From Patescibacteria group bacterium (GTDB lineage Bacteria > Patescibacteriota > Minisyncoccia > UBA6257 > 02-FULL-45-10c): a stretch of DNA of 64,000 nucleotides. The stretch covers positions 1,286-65,285 of the forward strand of contig JAGWYA010000005.1 of the NCBI GenBank assembly GCA_018969615.1. Reading direction: 5' to 3'. This document shows, in pieces, positions 46,414 through 56,539 of this stretch. The notes under the pieces were generated by a model. It saw only the letters and a list, made by a program, of their open reading frames with translations. It did not search any database and was not told the origin of the DNA. The position numbers were made by a program, and so were the translations under genes. How positions within the stretch are numbered: position 1 is the first letter of the stretch; each line of letters starts with the position of its first letter.

Positions 46414-48383
46414 TCACAGCTTTTCTTACAATTTTCTTTACGGCGGGCCTGCTGTTCTTCGGGTATGTGTTTACGGTCTTTGTTTTGGATGAGCGGAGGA
46501 TCTTCGCGGCGGTCCCGCTCTCTGCGGTCATCGGATTCGGTGCGTATGTCTTTTTCTTGAATGCGGTTTCATATTTTGTTCCGGTGGGAATAAGTTTCTT
46601 CGCTGTTTTTTATGCGTTGCTTGCGGTGGCGCTCGGCATATATTTTTTTCGGCGGAAAGACCCGGATAGATTAACGCTTGGCGGATTAACGTCGCGTCAG
46701 CTCAAAATGATCTTGATTATTGCCGCGCTGATCTCGATGGTTTCAGGAATCGTTGCGGTACGCACTCTTGAGCTGGACGATATGTCTCTGACTCATTTGT
46801 CGCTTGCATCCACGATCGCTCAGGGGAATTTCCCGGTCATGGATCCTTCGGCCCCTGACCATCCGATGGGATATCATTATGCGCCCGATCTCTTGGTTGC
46901 CGCTACCGGGCAGGTAGTCGGTCTTCCGCTCTGGTTGGGATATGACTACCAGACGTTCCTTTTCAGCGGCTTAACATTCCTGCTTGCATTTGTGCTTGCG
47001 TGGTACCTTTCCGCATCATATTTAGGTTCTTTACTTGCCGCGCTTTTCTTTACGTACGGCGGAGGGCTTCTTTGGCTTAACTTCACCGCCGGCATCAGTC
47101 CGCTGTGGCAGAAATTTGTTCTGCATCAGAATGTTTTTGCGCCATGGAAATTTTTATGGTTTATGACCTATCCGCGGCTGAATACCAGTTTTATCTATGC
47201 GATGAATAATCATAGCATCGCTTTGGGAACGCCGGTCATGCTCCTCGCGCTCTACGCTTATTTCCGGGCACTCGAATTCCGCGGTTGGAAGTCGGTGAAG
47301 TTTTTGACCCTTGCCGGGCTTTTATTCGGCTATCTGGCATTGAGCGTTGAAACGAATTTTGCAGTGCTTTTAGCGGGATTTTTCTGCGTTCTGGCGGCTG
47401 TGACAGCGGTTCATGTTTTGCAAATGCGCGGAAAATTTTCCGGCATTGAACTTCCTGGCGGTAAGAAAACACTCTTCATATTCACAGGGATCGTATCTAC
47501 GGTGGGACTCGGGATCGCATTCTATCAGGGTGGGATATTTTCAACTTTGGGTTCGGGTGGCGCACATACGTTTGGGTTAGCAACGAAGTTCTGGGAGATC
47601 GGTTTCAATGGCGGAACGACAACGATCCTAAGCTGGGAATTCTTGAAAGAGTTTGGGTTCCCGTTCATTTTGTTCTTTCCAGCGGTCCTATTCTATCGGA
47701 AGGATAAGAAGATTCTGTTTTTGGGGCTGCTCGCCGCTATTGCGTTCAGCGTTCCATTTATCGTTCATTACGTTTCACGTCCGTGGGAGATGAACAGGTT
47801 CTTTGCTATGGCGACGCCGCTTTTCGCGTTCATTGTTGGCCTGTATCTTGGCAATAAACTTGAGGCGCCCGGCCGCACGCGGCGATCGAAGGTCGTGTTA
47901 TGGAGCGTGGGGGCGCTGGTGATACTGTCCGGTGTTATGTTCCAGGCGGTGTCGGTATTAACGCCGTTCGGCAGCATCGGAAAGTTCGATCAGCCGCTTT
48001 TAGCGATGCCTCCGGCGCCGAGTTCCGCTGATCAGCCTGCGTATGCTTGGATCGAAAAGAACACGACGATCAAGGACAGGTTCTTCCCGTTCAGCGTTGA
48101 TTTTATTCGTGATACCGGACGATTCACGCCGGGTTATTTTGAGAATGGCGAGATAAACACATACCCCAATGAAATAGCAGCGTATGATGCTATCATGAAT
48201 TCATGTTCTGCGAGGGCTTTGGAGCAGTTAAATATAGACTATGTGTATATTTCATCGTTTACGCCTAATGGGAATTTGAGCGTCGATTGCTTGAATCAAT
48301 TAAAAGCGAATCTTGTCTATCAAGGAGATGGTGGTGAAGGGGAAACTAGTAAGATCTATCGTGTTAGTTATAACCGACCATAA
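46410..48383 (+). CDS. Multi-TM membrane protein, probable GT-C fold
   Basis: Many TM segments, an extracellular loop with DD/YHY, C-terminal soluble domain (IDYVY). Confidence 0.65.
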   Translation: MITAFLTIFFTAGLLFFGYVFTVFVLDERRIFAAVPLSAVIGFGAYVFFLNAVSYFVPVGISFFAVFYALLAVALGIYFFRRKDPDRLTLGGLTSRQLKMILIIAALISMVSGIVAVRTLELDDMSLTHLSLASTIAQGNFPVMDPSAPDHPMGYHYAPDLLVAATGQVVGLPLWLGYDYQTFLFSGLTFLLAFVLAWYLSASYLGSLLAALFFTYGGGLLWLNFTAGISPLWQKFVLHQNVFAPWKFLWFMTYPRLNTSFIYAMNNHSIALGTPVMLLALYAYFRALEFRGWKSVKFLTLAGLLFGYLALSVETNFAVLLAGFFCVLAAVTAVHVLQMRGKFSGIELPGGKKTLFIFTGIVSTVGLGIAFYQGGIFSTLGSGGAHTFGLATKFWEIGFNGGTTTILSWEFLKEFGFPFILFFPAVLFYRKDKKILFLGLLAAIAFSVPFIVHYVSRPWEMNRFFAMATPLFAFIVGLYLGNKLEAPGRTRRSKVVLWSVGALVILSGVMFQAVSVLTPFGSIGKFDQPLLAMPPAPSSADQPAYAWIEKNTTIKDRFFPFSVDFIRDTGRFTPGYFENGEINTYPNEIAAYDAIMNSCSARALEQLNIDYVYISSFTPNGNLSVDCLNQLKANLVYQGDGGEGETSKIYRVSYNRP

Positions 48384-48386
48384 ATT

Positions 48387-49382
48387 ATGAAAGAGAAATT
48401 GCTTTTTTTGGTTAAATTATCTATCAGCATATTTTTGCTTTATTTAATTTTTACTAAAATAAGTTTTACAGCAATTTTTGATTCATTGCGCCATGCGGAC
48501 CCCACTTATTTTTTGATCGGATTTTTGACATTATTTATCGCGCTTGTTTTGAATACTAAGAAGTGGCAGCTTTTACTCAGATCCTTAAATTTTAATGAAG
48601 ATTTGCTTTCGCTTATAAAACTTAATTTAATAGGGACTTTTTATGGGACATTTCTTCCGGGCGGACAGATGACGGGTGAGGTTGCAAAATGTTATCGCAT
48701 ATCAAAAGGCAGGGATGATAAGCATAAGATTATTTTTTCTGTAGCCATGGATAGATTAATAAGCCTGATAACTTTTGTTTTTGTAGGGGCTGCGGCTTTT
48801 ATGATTGCGAGACCCAATATCCCAATGTATAGAGAGATCTTATCGGTCTTTATTGTATTTTTGTTTGCGTCGTTTCTGACCCTTTCCCTTTTTAGTGAAA
48901 AATTATTTTTTGTGATCTCTGGTTTACATAAGTATTTGTTGGGCGGGAATGAGAGTCATATAATATACCGCATATCACATCGAGCAATTGATACATTGTT
49001 CTCTTATAGGAATTCTGGTCGCACACTTTTCTATGCCTTTGTTTGGGGATTGGGATTTCAGCTCATGAATACATTGGGTACATATTTTTTCTCGTTGGCG
49101 GTAAGTGCCAACTTGCCGTTCATAGAACTGTTGTGGGTTAATACTTTAGTAAATATTGTAGTTGTCTTGCCAGTGGCTATTATGGGGCTCGGTGTACGCG
49201 AGATCAGTTTTGCATACCTTCTTTCTCTATTTGGAATTGCAATTTCAAAAAGCGTCAGCTTATCTTTATTAATTTTTACCGTAGCGCTTTTTAGCGCGAT
49301 TGTAGGCGGGGGTATTGAGTTGCACGAAGCTTTTATTAAAAATAATAAGTTGAATTCTGTGTCGAATAATAAAATTGCATGA
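48387..49382 (+). CDS. Lysylphosphatidylglycerol-synthase-TM / flippase-like protein
   Basis: FLPGGQMTGEVAK, DRLI, GLGVRE. Confidence 0.82.
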   Translation: MKEKLLFLVKLSISIFLLYLIFTKISFTAIFDSLRHADPTYFLIGFLTLFIALVLNTKKWQLLLRSLNFNEDLLSLIKLNLIGTFYGTFLPGGQMTGEVAKCYRISKGRDDKHKIIFSVAMDRLISLITFVFVGAAAFMIARPNIPMYREILSVFIVFLFASFLTLSLFSEKLFFVISGLHKYLLGGNESHIIYRISHRAIDTLFSYRNSGRTLFYAFVWGLGFQLMNTLGTYFFSLAVSANLPFIELLWVNTLVNIVVVLPVAIMGLGVREISFAYLLSLFGIAISKSVSLSLLIFTVALFSAIVGGGIELHEAFIKNNKLNSVSNNKIA

Positions 49383-50530
49383 AAATATTATTGGTAAATT
49401 ATGAGTTTCCTCCCATAGGCGGCGGAGGGGGGAGGGTTTCTTATGAGCTAGTGAAGCACCTTAAAGATGGGGCGCACTTTGATGTGTTAACTTCTTCTTT
49501 TCCTAAAGAAAATATTTCCCCCGACCCCATCGCCGACGTAACGATTTATCCAGTTGCGTCTTATCGAAGGTCCATACATCAGGCGGGGGCACTTGGAATG
49601 CTAACATTTTTATTTTTTGGCTATTTTCGTTTCAAGAAATTAATAAGAAATAATGAATACGATCTAATCCACTATTTTTTTAGCGTACCCACGGGCCTCC
49701 TGTCTTTTTTTCAACCAAAGCATATCCCATATATAGTTTCATTAAATGGCGGAGACGTCCCCACGTACAATAAAGGGGAGATGGCTGTATTCCATAAACT
49801 GATCAAATTTTTAAATAAAAGAATTTTAAAAAATGCTGCAGCCGTTACGGCGGTCAGTAGGGATCTAGGCGAGGTTGCAAAACGAGAATTGGAATTAAGA
49901 AATTACTCGGTTATCCATAACGGCATTGATGTCGCTAATGTAAAAAGGCGATCCGAAGGGATTAAGAAAGGAACGGACAGATTGAAGATTGTTTGCGTTT
50001 CCCGACTCGCTCCTTGGAAGAAGATCGATCTATTGATCGAGGCTATTAAAGATATTGATGTAGATCTTGTGATTATTGGGGAAGGCGGATCAAGAGAAAG
50101 CCTTCAGAAATTGGTTGGAGATCTGAATTTAGAAAGGCGTGTTAGTTTTAAGGGGTCGGTCGGGCACGATGAGGTTAACAAATATTTGGATGAATCAGAC
50201 GCATTCGTACTTCCATCTATAGGTGATTCTTTCGGTATAGTGTTTTTAGAAGCAATGGCGCGAGGCGTGCCCGTTGTAGCGGCTCGAGCCGGCGGCGTCC
50301 CCGAAATTATACAGGATAATTATAGTGGCATACTGGTGCCTCCCAATGATATTTTGGATTTAAAGAATGCTATACTGAAACTGAAGAATGACCCTGCTTT
50401 GAGGCGTAAGTATTCTCAAAATGCCCTAAAGACAGTCGAAGAGAGATTTTCTTGGCAAAAGATTTCAGGTGAGTATTACGCTTTATATCAAAAAGTCATA
50501 GAGCATAAGAATAATCACTCTAATGAATAG
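49379..50530 (+). CDS. GT4 glycosyltransferase
   Basis: NYEFPPIGGGGG, DSFGIVFLEAMARG. Confidence 0.9.
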   Translation: MKILLVNYEFPPIGGGGGRVSYELVKHLKDGAHFDVLTSSFPKENISPDPIADVTIYPVASYRRSIHQAGALGMLTFLFFGYFRFKKLIRNNEYDLIHYFFSVPTGLLSFFQPKHIPYIVSLNGGDVPTYNKGEMAVFHKLIKFLNKRILKNAAAVTAVSRDLGEVAKRELELRNYSVIHNGIDVANVKRRSEGIKKGTDRLKIVCVSRLAPWKKIDLLIEAIKDIDVDLVIIGEGGSRESLQKLVGDLNLERRVSFKGSVGHDEVNKYLDESDAFVLPSIGDSFGIVFLEAMARGVPVVAARAGGVPEIIQDNYSGILVPPNDILDLKNAILKLKNDPALRRKYSQNALKTVEERFSWQKISGEYYALYQKVIEHKNNHSNE

Positions 50531-51275
50531 TCCTAGCTACAGAAAGATTTTATTAAAGCAGTACCTGTCTGTTTTTAAGAATCTGCACGGTGATAATAAA
50601 AAGAGGCAGCGCGCTGATTTGGAAAAAAATATAAATTTCTTTAGGCATAATTATTTAAATTTATTGCCTCTTAAAAAGGACGTTGCCATATTAGAGATCG
50701 GACCAGGCATGGGGCAGTTTCAGGTATTTTTAAAACGTGAAGGTTATGTGCATGTTCGGGGCATAGATGGATCGGAAGAAATAGCTCAATATTGCAAGGC
50801 AAATGACCTCCATGTTTCTTATGAGGAAAATTTTATCGACTTTTTTAATCAGGAGGAAAATAAGAATACTCTTGATCTGATTATTGCTAATGACATCCTA
50901 GAACATTTCACGAAGCAGGAGCTGGTTGATCTTTTAGGGGCGATGAAAGGGGCTTTGCGAGATGGCGGAGCTATTATTGCTAAGGTTCCAAACGCCTCAG
51001 CGTGTTTCGTTGCTACAAATAATAGGTATGGCGATTTTACGCACGAGCTTATGTTTACTGAGTTTAGTTTGCAGCAGCTTTGTGGAGCTTTGGGTTTCAG
51101 TCGTATAGAGTTCTTTGCCCCGAATCTTTTTTGTTTCTATTATAATCCGCTGAACTATATTGGACTTTCATTAAATTTCCTTTTGAAATTAATTCAGATT
51201 GGCATACATAGACTCAATGGAAACTTTGATGTAAATATAGTTACGAATAACATTATTTTTAAACTATATAAATAG
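50523..51275 (+). CDS. Class I SAM-dependent methyltransferase
   Basis: LEIGPGMG, DILEH, VPNA, DFTHE. Confidence 0.85.
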   Translation: MNSPSYRKILLKQYLSVFKNLHGDNKKRQRADLEKNINFFRHNYLNLLPLKKDVAILEIGPGMGQFQVFLKREGYVHVRGIDGSEEIAQYCKANDLHVSYEENFIDFFNQEENKNTLDLIIANDILEHFTKQELVDLLGAMKGALRDGGAIIAKVPNASACFVATNNRYGDFTHELMFTEFSLQQLCGALGFSRIEFFAPNLFCFYYNPLNYIGLSLNFLLKLIQIGIHRLNGNFDVNIVTNNIIFKLYK

Positions 51276-51314
51276 CTTTTTGCATTTTTCAGAATTTTTT
51301 ACTTTTGGCTTTTT

Positions 51315-53114
51315 ATGCATCATTTACGATCTAGTATGGAAGTGATCAAGAGGCATCACTTGGTATTGTCATTCGCTTTAATTGTAGGCCTTATTTATGT
51401 CGGGCCATATTTATTTTTCGCATACCATCTCGGCGCCGGTTATCAGGGGATTAATATTACCCGCGCGCCAGACGAAGAGGGGTATCTTACGATCGTCAAT
51501 TCGCTCGCCCGGCGGGGAATAGTGGGAGATCCGTATATCTTTGAATATAGGGATCTGGGGAATAACGTGAACTATTATAGTATCGAATATTTTTTGGCGG
51601 CGACCGCGAACGCTTTCCACGTCATGGTTCCTGATCTGATCCTGGGGCTTAAGTTTCTCGCCCCCGCTGTTCTTTTTGGGGTTGTGTATCTTTTTACCTT
51701 AGAGCTGATGGGGTCGTCAGGCGGGGCGCTTTTCGTTGCGTTGCTTGTTCTTTTGGGGAATGAAGTTGCGCGTACGGGACTTGCTGCGATCCCCGCCCTT
51801 TTTTCCGGAACAGTCGCCTCTACCGATTTTTTGACCTATGCGCGTCCGGTGAATCCGGCGGAAAGTTCCATTCTCTTTTTTGCAGTGCTGTGGCTCATTT
51901 TGAAGTTATACAAAGGCGAACGGAAGTTCGGATCGCTGCCTGCCGCCGCTGCGGTTGGTTTTGCGGTCGGGGCGATGTCGTACATTTATTTTTATTTTTG
52001 GGCCTTTCCTCTGATCTTATGCGGCGTAGTTTTACTGTATGATCTCTTTACGCGAAATAAGGAAGGAGCAAAGCGATTTTTTGTGGCGTTGGCCGCAAGC
52101 GCCTTCGCGGCGGTACCGTTCTTTTTTAATACAGCGGCTCTTTTCCTGGCACCTCCCGCGAACGGCGATTTCGGTGCGCCGCTCCAGAAGGCCTTTACGC
52201 GGACGCATCAGATCATTCCTGAGAAAACCATTTTGCTCCCATTGGTCGTTTTCGCGGTTTTGTATGCGCTGTGGAAATATTCCAAAGAAAAGTGGGGTGA
52301 AGAAGCCGGCCGGTTTGTGAAAAAATATGCTTTTGTCGCTTTGCTTCTTATAACGGGGATCATCGCTTCGAACGAGCAGGTGATCACGGGCATTGAGGTC
52401 CAGCAGCATCATTTCCATTTTTATACCAATATTCCGATGTTGCTGATCGCCGTGGGCATCATGGTGTATGAACTGGTCCGATTGATTCCGCACTGGTGGC
52501 GCGTCACGGCCTTAGGCGGTATTTCTCTTTTTGTGGTCACGTTTGCGATCCAGATCCAGGCTTCATCGTATGCGGCATGGAAACAGGATTTTATTTCTTA
52601 TCAGCGGTATGCCCCGGTCTTTTCGTGGCTGCGATTGAATAGCGGGACGGATACTGTGGTATATGCCGATCAAACAATGTCCGAGATGATCCCGATCTAT
52701 ACGCAGGATTATACATATGGATCGCTGCACGCGGCCGCGTATCCTGTCCCGGTCGTGCGTCTGGAGCATAATTACTTTATGACGCTTTTTTTGCGGGGGG
52801 TTACGAAAGATGATGCGCTTGTGTATCTTTCGGATCCGGAGCATCGGAACGAGATGGGGCAATATATTTTTGAAGGACAGTATTGGAAAGACATGTGCGG
52901 ATCATACGGGTGTTTTCCCGATGCGACATTCAAGAGTTTGGTAAATGATTATGTTTCATTCCTTGGCAATTCTTTTGAGACAAACTTAAAGGAGTATAAA
53001 GTTAACTATATTGTGTGGGACATGGCCAATGATCCAGAATGGAATTTGGGCGGTTACGTATTTCTTAAAGAGGTATATTCTGGAGAACAGATTAAAATAT
53101 TTAAGGTTAATTAA
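51315..53114 (+). CDS. Multi-TM membrane protein, probable GT-C fold
   Basis: PDEEGY acidic loop, many TM segments, C-terminal YKVNYIVWD domain. Confidence 0.65.
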   Translation: MHHLRSSMEVIKRHHLVLSFALIVGLIYVGPYLFFAYHLGAGYQGINITRAPDEEGYLTIVNSLARRGIVGDPYIFEYRDLGNNVNYYSIEYFLAATANAFHVMVPDLILGLKFLAPAVLFGVVYLFTLELMGSSGGALFVALLVLLGNEVARTGLAAIPALFSGTVASTDFLTYARPVNPAESSILFFAVLWLILKLYKGERKFGSLPAAAAVGFAVGAMSYIYFYFWAFPLILCGVVLLYDLFTRNKEGAKRFFVALAASAFAAVPFFFNTAALFLAPPANGDFGAPLQKAFTRTHQIIPEKTILLPLVVFAVLYALWKYSKEKWGEEAGRFVKKYAFVALLLITGIIASNEQVITGIEVQQHHFHFYTNIPMLLIAVGIMVYELVRLIPHWWRVTALGGISLFVVTFAIQIQASSYAAWKQDFISYQRYAPVFSWLRLNSGTDTVVYADQTMSEMIPIYTQDYTYGSLHAAAYPVPVVRLEHNYFMTLFLRGVTKDDALVYLSDPEHRNEMGQYIFEGQYWKDMCGSYGCFPDATFKSLVNDYVSFLGNSFETNLKEYKVNYIVWDMANDPEWNLGGYVFLKEVYSGEQIKIFKVN

Positions 53115-53120
53115 GAAATA

Positions 53121-54179
53121 ATGGTCGTCCATTTTTTTACCAAAGGCGATAAAAACGTAGCAAGTTCGCGTTACAGGGGCTATTATTGGGCTGAAGGCTT
53201 GATTCGAGCCGGCCATCACGCCGATGTATATCCGATCAGTGCCGACTTTAAAGCGACGAATTCTTTTGGTAAAAATATCAGCCTTTTTTTCAAATATCTT
53301 CGACTCCTAACCTCTTTTCGGGGGAAAAATGAAGCGATCTTCCTCCAGCGTACCGTTTATAATAAGTATTTCTTTTTAGACATACTTTTGGTCCGTCTGT
53401 TTTTGGGAAGAAAGTATATTTTTGATATGGATGACGCGGTTTTTGAGCATTCATTTTTAAAAACATGGATATTAGTGAAACTGGCAAGCGCGGTGACATG
53501 TGGTAGCATGTTTATTTTTGAATGGGCGAAAAAGCATAATAAAAATTCATTTTATTTTCTGAACTCACTTCCACCGGATATTTATGCCTCTCGTCATGGA
53601 TCGGGCTCCGATATCCCGGTGATCGGCTGGGCAGGCGATGGTCCGGCACATTTTGAGAACTTGAAGTTGCTCCCCCCGATCTTCGAACGGCTTATTGCTG
53701 ATGGACTTCGTTTTAAGTTCACTCTTATCGGCGCATTGGGGGATGGGCGCGTGCATGACCTATTTGCCTCTGTTAAAGGATTAGATTACGCGATCATCGA
53801 TCGCTTGGACTGGTCGGATCCCCGCAATGTAGCTCGTGAGATCGCGCAGTTCGATATTGGGATCATGCCGATGATAGAGAACCGATGGAATAAGGCGAAG
53901 TATTTTAAGACTCTGGAATATATGGCATGCGGAGTTCCTGCGCTCGCGGGGGATTTTGGTGAAAATACGCATATTATTGAGAATGGCGAAAATGGATTTC
54001 TTCTGAAAGATGGCGAAGAATGGTATCAGAAATTAAAGCTTCTTATTTCGGACAAAGATCTGAGAATAAAACTTGGAAAGAGAGGACTGGAAACTATTAA
54101 AGAGCGTTTCTCGCTCGAAAAAGCGACCGCGAGATTAATAAACACGCTTATTCAGTCGCATCTGATCGAAAAGGAGTAA
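53121..54179 (+). CDS. GT4 glycosyltransferase
   Basis: ASSRYR, DMDDA, DIGIMP, KTLEYMACG. Confidence 0.88.
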   Translation: MVVHFFTKGDKNVASSRYRGYYWAEGLIRAGHHADVYPISADFKATNSFGKNISLFFKYLRLLTSFRGKNEAIFLQRTVYNKYFFLDILLVRLFLGRKYIFDMDDAVFEHSFLKTWILVKLASAVTCGSMFIFEWAKKHNKNSFYFLNSLPPDIYASRHGSGSDIPVIGWAGDGPAHFENLKLLPPIFERLIADGLRFKFTLIGALGDGRVHDLFASVKGLDYAIIDRLDWSDPRNVAREIAQFDIGIMPMIENRWNKAKYFKTLEYMACGVPALAGDFGENTHIIENGENGFLLKDGEEWYQKLKLLISDKDLRIKLGKRGLETIKERFSLEKATARLINTLIQSHLIEKE

Positions 54180-54207
54180 GATAAGAGTAGGCTATCCATT
54201 ATTTCTT

Positions 54208-55131
54208 ATGAAAAAGATCGTATGCAATGTTTGCGGTTCGGAAAAATATAAAAACCTATTTCTTGGAAGAGATAGGCTTCTTGCCATTGACTCAAAGACC
54301 TTTCAGGTTGTGAGGTGCTCGCAGTGCGGTCTGACGTATTTAAATCCTCAGCCGACTGCCGATGAGCTCCGCATTTATTACCCGGAAACGTACGGTCCCT
54401 ATGGCAATACCGGAACGATCTTCCATTATGGAGCGATGGCTGCGGCGCTTCGAAAGATCTATCACGGCATCAGATCTCTTTTCCCTCGCGCCAAGAAGAG
54501 CGTGAAAGAGGGTGGAGCAAAAGAGGATGAGCGTATTTCGTATCTTGATTTCGGTTGTGGCGGCGGACTTCAGCTTGAAGCGGTCCGAAAAGATCATCCG
54601 AACTGGGACCTTTATGGCCTCGATAATAATCCCGTTGCCTGTGAGCGAACTGAAGCAAAAGGATTCAAGGTATTTTGCGGAGAGCTTTCTGAAGTTTCCT
54701 TACCCGAAAAATTCTTTGACAGGGTAAATATGAGCCATGTCATCGAGCACGTGAACGATCCGAAGCAGACACTGGCAGTACTCGGGCGATCGATCAAGAA
54801 AGGAGGTATCATCGTGATCGCTACGCCGAACATCAGAAGCTTCTCGGCAAAAATTTTCGGTTCATATTGGTATGCCCTCGATACGCCGCGCCATCTTTTT
54901 CTTTTCAATGCAAAGACGCTCGGGAGGATATTAAAGGATGCGGGATTTACGGTAAAAAAAGTGGATTACGATAAAGGGCCGAAAGTTTTTGTTCGAAGTC
55001 TTTTTTATGTAATGGGCCGGAAAGATATGATGATCAGTCCGCTCCTTTGGAGGTCGCTTAGTCTTTTTAGCCGTTTTGCAGCTCACTTAGGCATGACCAG
55101 TATCATGACGGTCTATGCAGAAAAGGAATAA
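54208..55131 (+). CDS. Class I SAM methyltransferase with N-terminal Zn-ribbon-like CxxC pairs
   Basis: CNVC, CSQC, LDFGCGGG, HVIEHV, PRHL. Confidence 0.88.
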   Translation: MKKIVCNVCGSEKYKNLFLGRDRLLAIDSKTFQVVRCSQCGLTYLNPQPTADELRIYYPETYGPYGNTGTIFHYGAMAAALRKIYHGIRSLFPRAKKSVKEGGAKEDERISYLDFGCGGGLQLEAVRKDHPNWDLYGLDNNPVACERTEAKGFKVFCGELSEVSLPEKFFDRVNMSHVIEHVNDPKQTLAVLGRSIKKGGIIVIATPNIRSFSAKIFGSYWYALDTPRHLFLFNAKTLGRILKDAGFTVKKVDYDKGPKVFVRSLFYVMGRKDMMISPLLWRSLSLFSRFAAHLGMTSIMTVYAEKE

Positions 55132-55135
55132 GGAT

Positions 55136-56401
55136 TTAGGTATTTGAGGTGCGAGCGTAAAGGAGATACACAAGAGAAGAACCGAAAAATCGCGTGGCGA
55201 TACGCGCGATCACAAGTCCTAGTAGCCCCCATCCGATGACGCCGATGACCATAGACCCGATCTGGAAAAGGGACACAGCGATATTATTGACGTATTGTTC
55301 CCGCACTTTCTTTTTTGCAATAAGATAGGACGCTGCCGGCGTGAAGATGACCGTAAGGATCGAGATCGCATAGATCTGCGAGTAGAAAACCGCCTCCATA
55401 TATTTCGGGAAGAATATTGCAAAGAAATAAGGAGCGAGAAGGATATAGAGCGCGACGAAGAGGGTACTTGAAAGCGCAAGCCAGAAGATCTTGTTCCGCA
55501 TTCCGGTCCTGACCTCTTTATCAGTCCGATCGACGAACTTTGCCTGGGTCATTGTATTGAACATATTGAGTGGTCCTTTGGTCTGGTCGGGGATGGCGGT
55601 AGCAAAGTTATAAATGGCGAGCTGGACCGGTCCGACAAAATGAAAGAGCAGTACCTGGTCGATATTGGCGGCGATTGTGCTAAGAATACCCATAGCGGAA
55701 AGATGCTTGGCGTAGGTCATCATGCCCGGGTCAGTTTTGACGTGGTCGGGTTGGTAGATCGCAGCGATGCGGCGATAGATCCAGAGCGTGGCGAGAGTGT
55801 TGCCGAGGAAGTAGACCGTGGCAAGAGTGAGCGGGTTTGGCGCAAGGAAGATCGTAATGATCAGCGCGCCGCTGGAGAGAAGTGTTTCAATGACGCCGAT
55901 ATAAAGCGCGGTGCGGCGGAAATCCTTTTTTGCGTTCAGGAATGCAGCGATAAGATTCGCGCTGGCAAGAAGTGGTGAGAGTGTTCCGCCGATAAGCACG
56001 CCATAGGCAAGAATGTGATCGCCTTGTGTGAAATAATAAGCCGCAAGGCCGAAGGCGCCGAGGAAAACAAGCACGCTCCATTTGATGTTCTGCCAGAATC
56101 CTTCATGAAGTGATCCGTCGAATCCGCTGGCGGCTGATTGGAAGACGGCAGTGCTGAGTCCGGTGAGGGAGAACGACGAGAGGAGCGCGACAACGCCGAT
56201 GATGTATTTATATTCGCCGTAGACGTCTTTGGGCAGATAGCGCGCTACGATGATCGCGAAGATAAAGACGGTGACTGAGGAGACGACTTGTCCGATGATG
56301 GCCCAAAATTGTCCGCCGGCAAGATAGATCATGTCGGTTTTGGTATAACGCTCGCTCCAGCGGAGCGCGGCGTGGGCTTTTTCTTTTGCCTTGGCGATCA
56401 T
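55136..56401 (-). CDS. Wzx-type oligosaccharide flippase
   Basis: ARYLPKDVYGEY, IDQVLL..FVGPVQLAIY; about 12 TM segments. Confidence 0.82.
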   Translation of the reverse strand: MIAKAKEKAHAALRWSERYTKTDMIYLAGGQFWAIIGQVVSSVTVFIFAIIVARYLPKDVYGEYKYIIGVVALLSSFSLTGLSTAVFQSAASGFDGSLHEGFWQNIKWSVLVFLGAFGLAAYYFTQGDHILAYGVLIGGTLSPLLASANLIAAFLNAKKDFRRTALYIGVIETLLSSGALIITIFLAPNPLTLATVYFLGNTLATLWIYRRIAAIYQPDHVKTDPGMMTYAKHLSAMGILSTIAANIDQVLLFHFVGPVQLAIYNFATAIPDQTKGPLNMFNTMTQAKFVDRTDKEVRTGMRNKIFWLALSSTLFVALYILLAPYFFAIFFPKYMEAVFYSQIYAISILTVIFTPAASYLIAKKKVREQYVNNIAVSLFQIGSMVIGVIGWGLLGLVIARIATRFFGSSLVYLLYARTSNT

Positions 56402-56539
56402 ATTATTGGAACGTTTTTTATAGGCGGAAAGTATCGGGAGACATTGCCTTTCGCCATGAGTAAAAAGGGAGTATACTTATGGGATTATCGCATGAAGGCT
56501 GCGGACTCACAACGACCGCACATGCGTGCTACACAAAGT

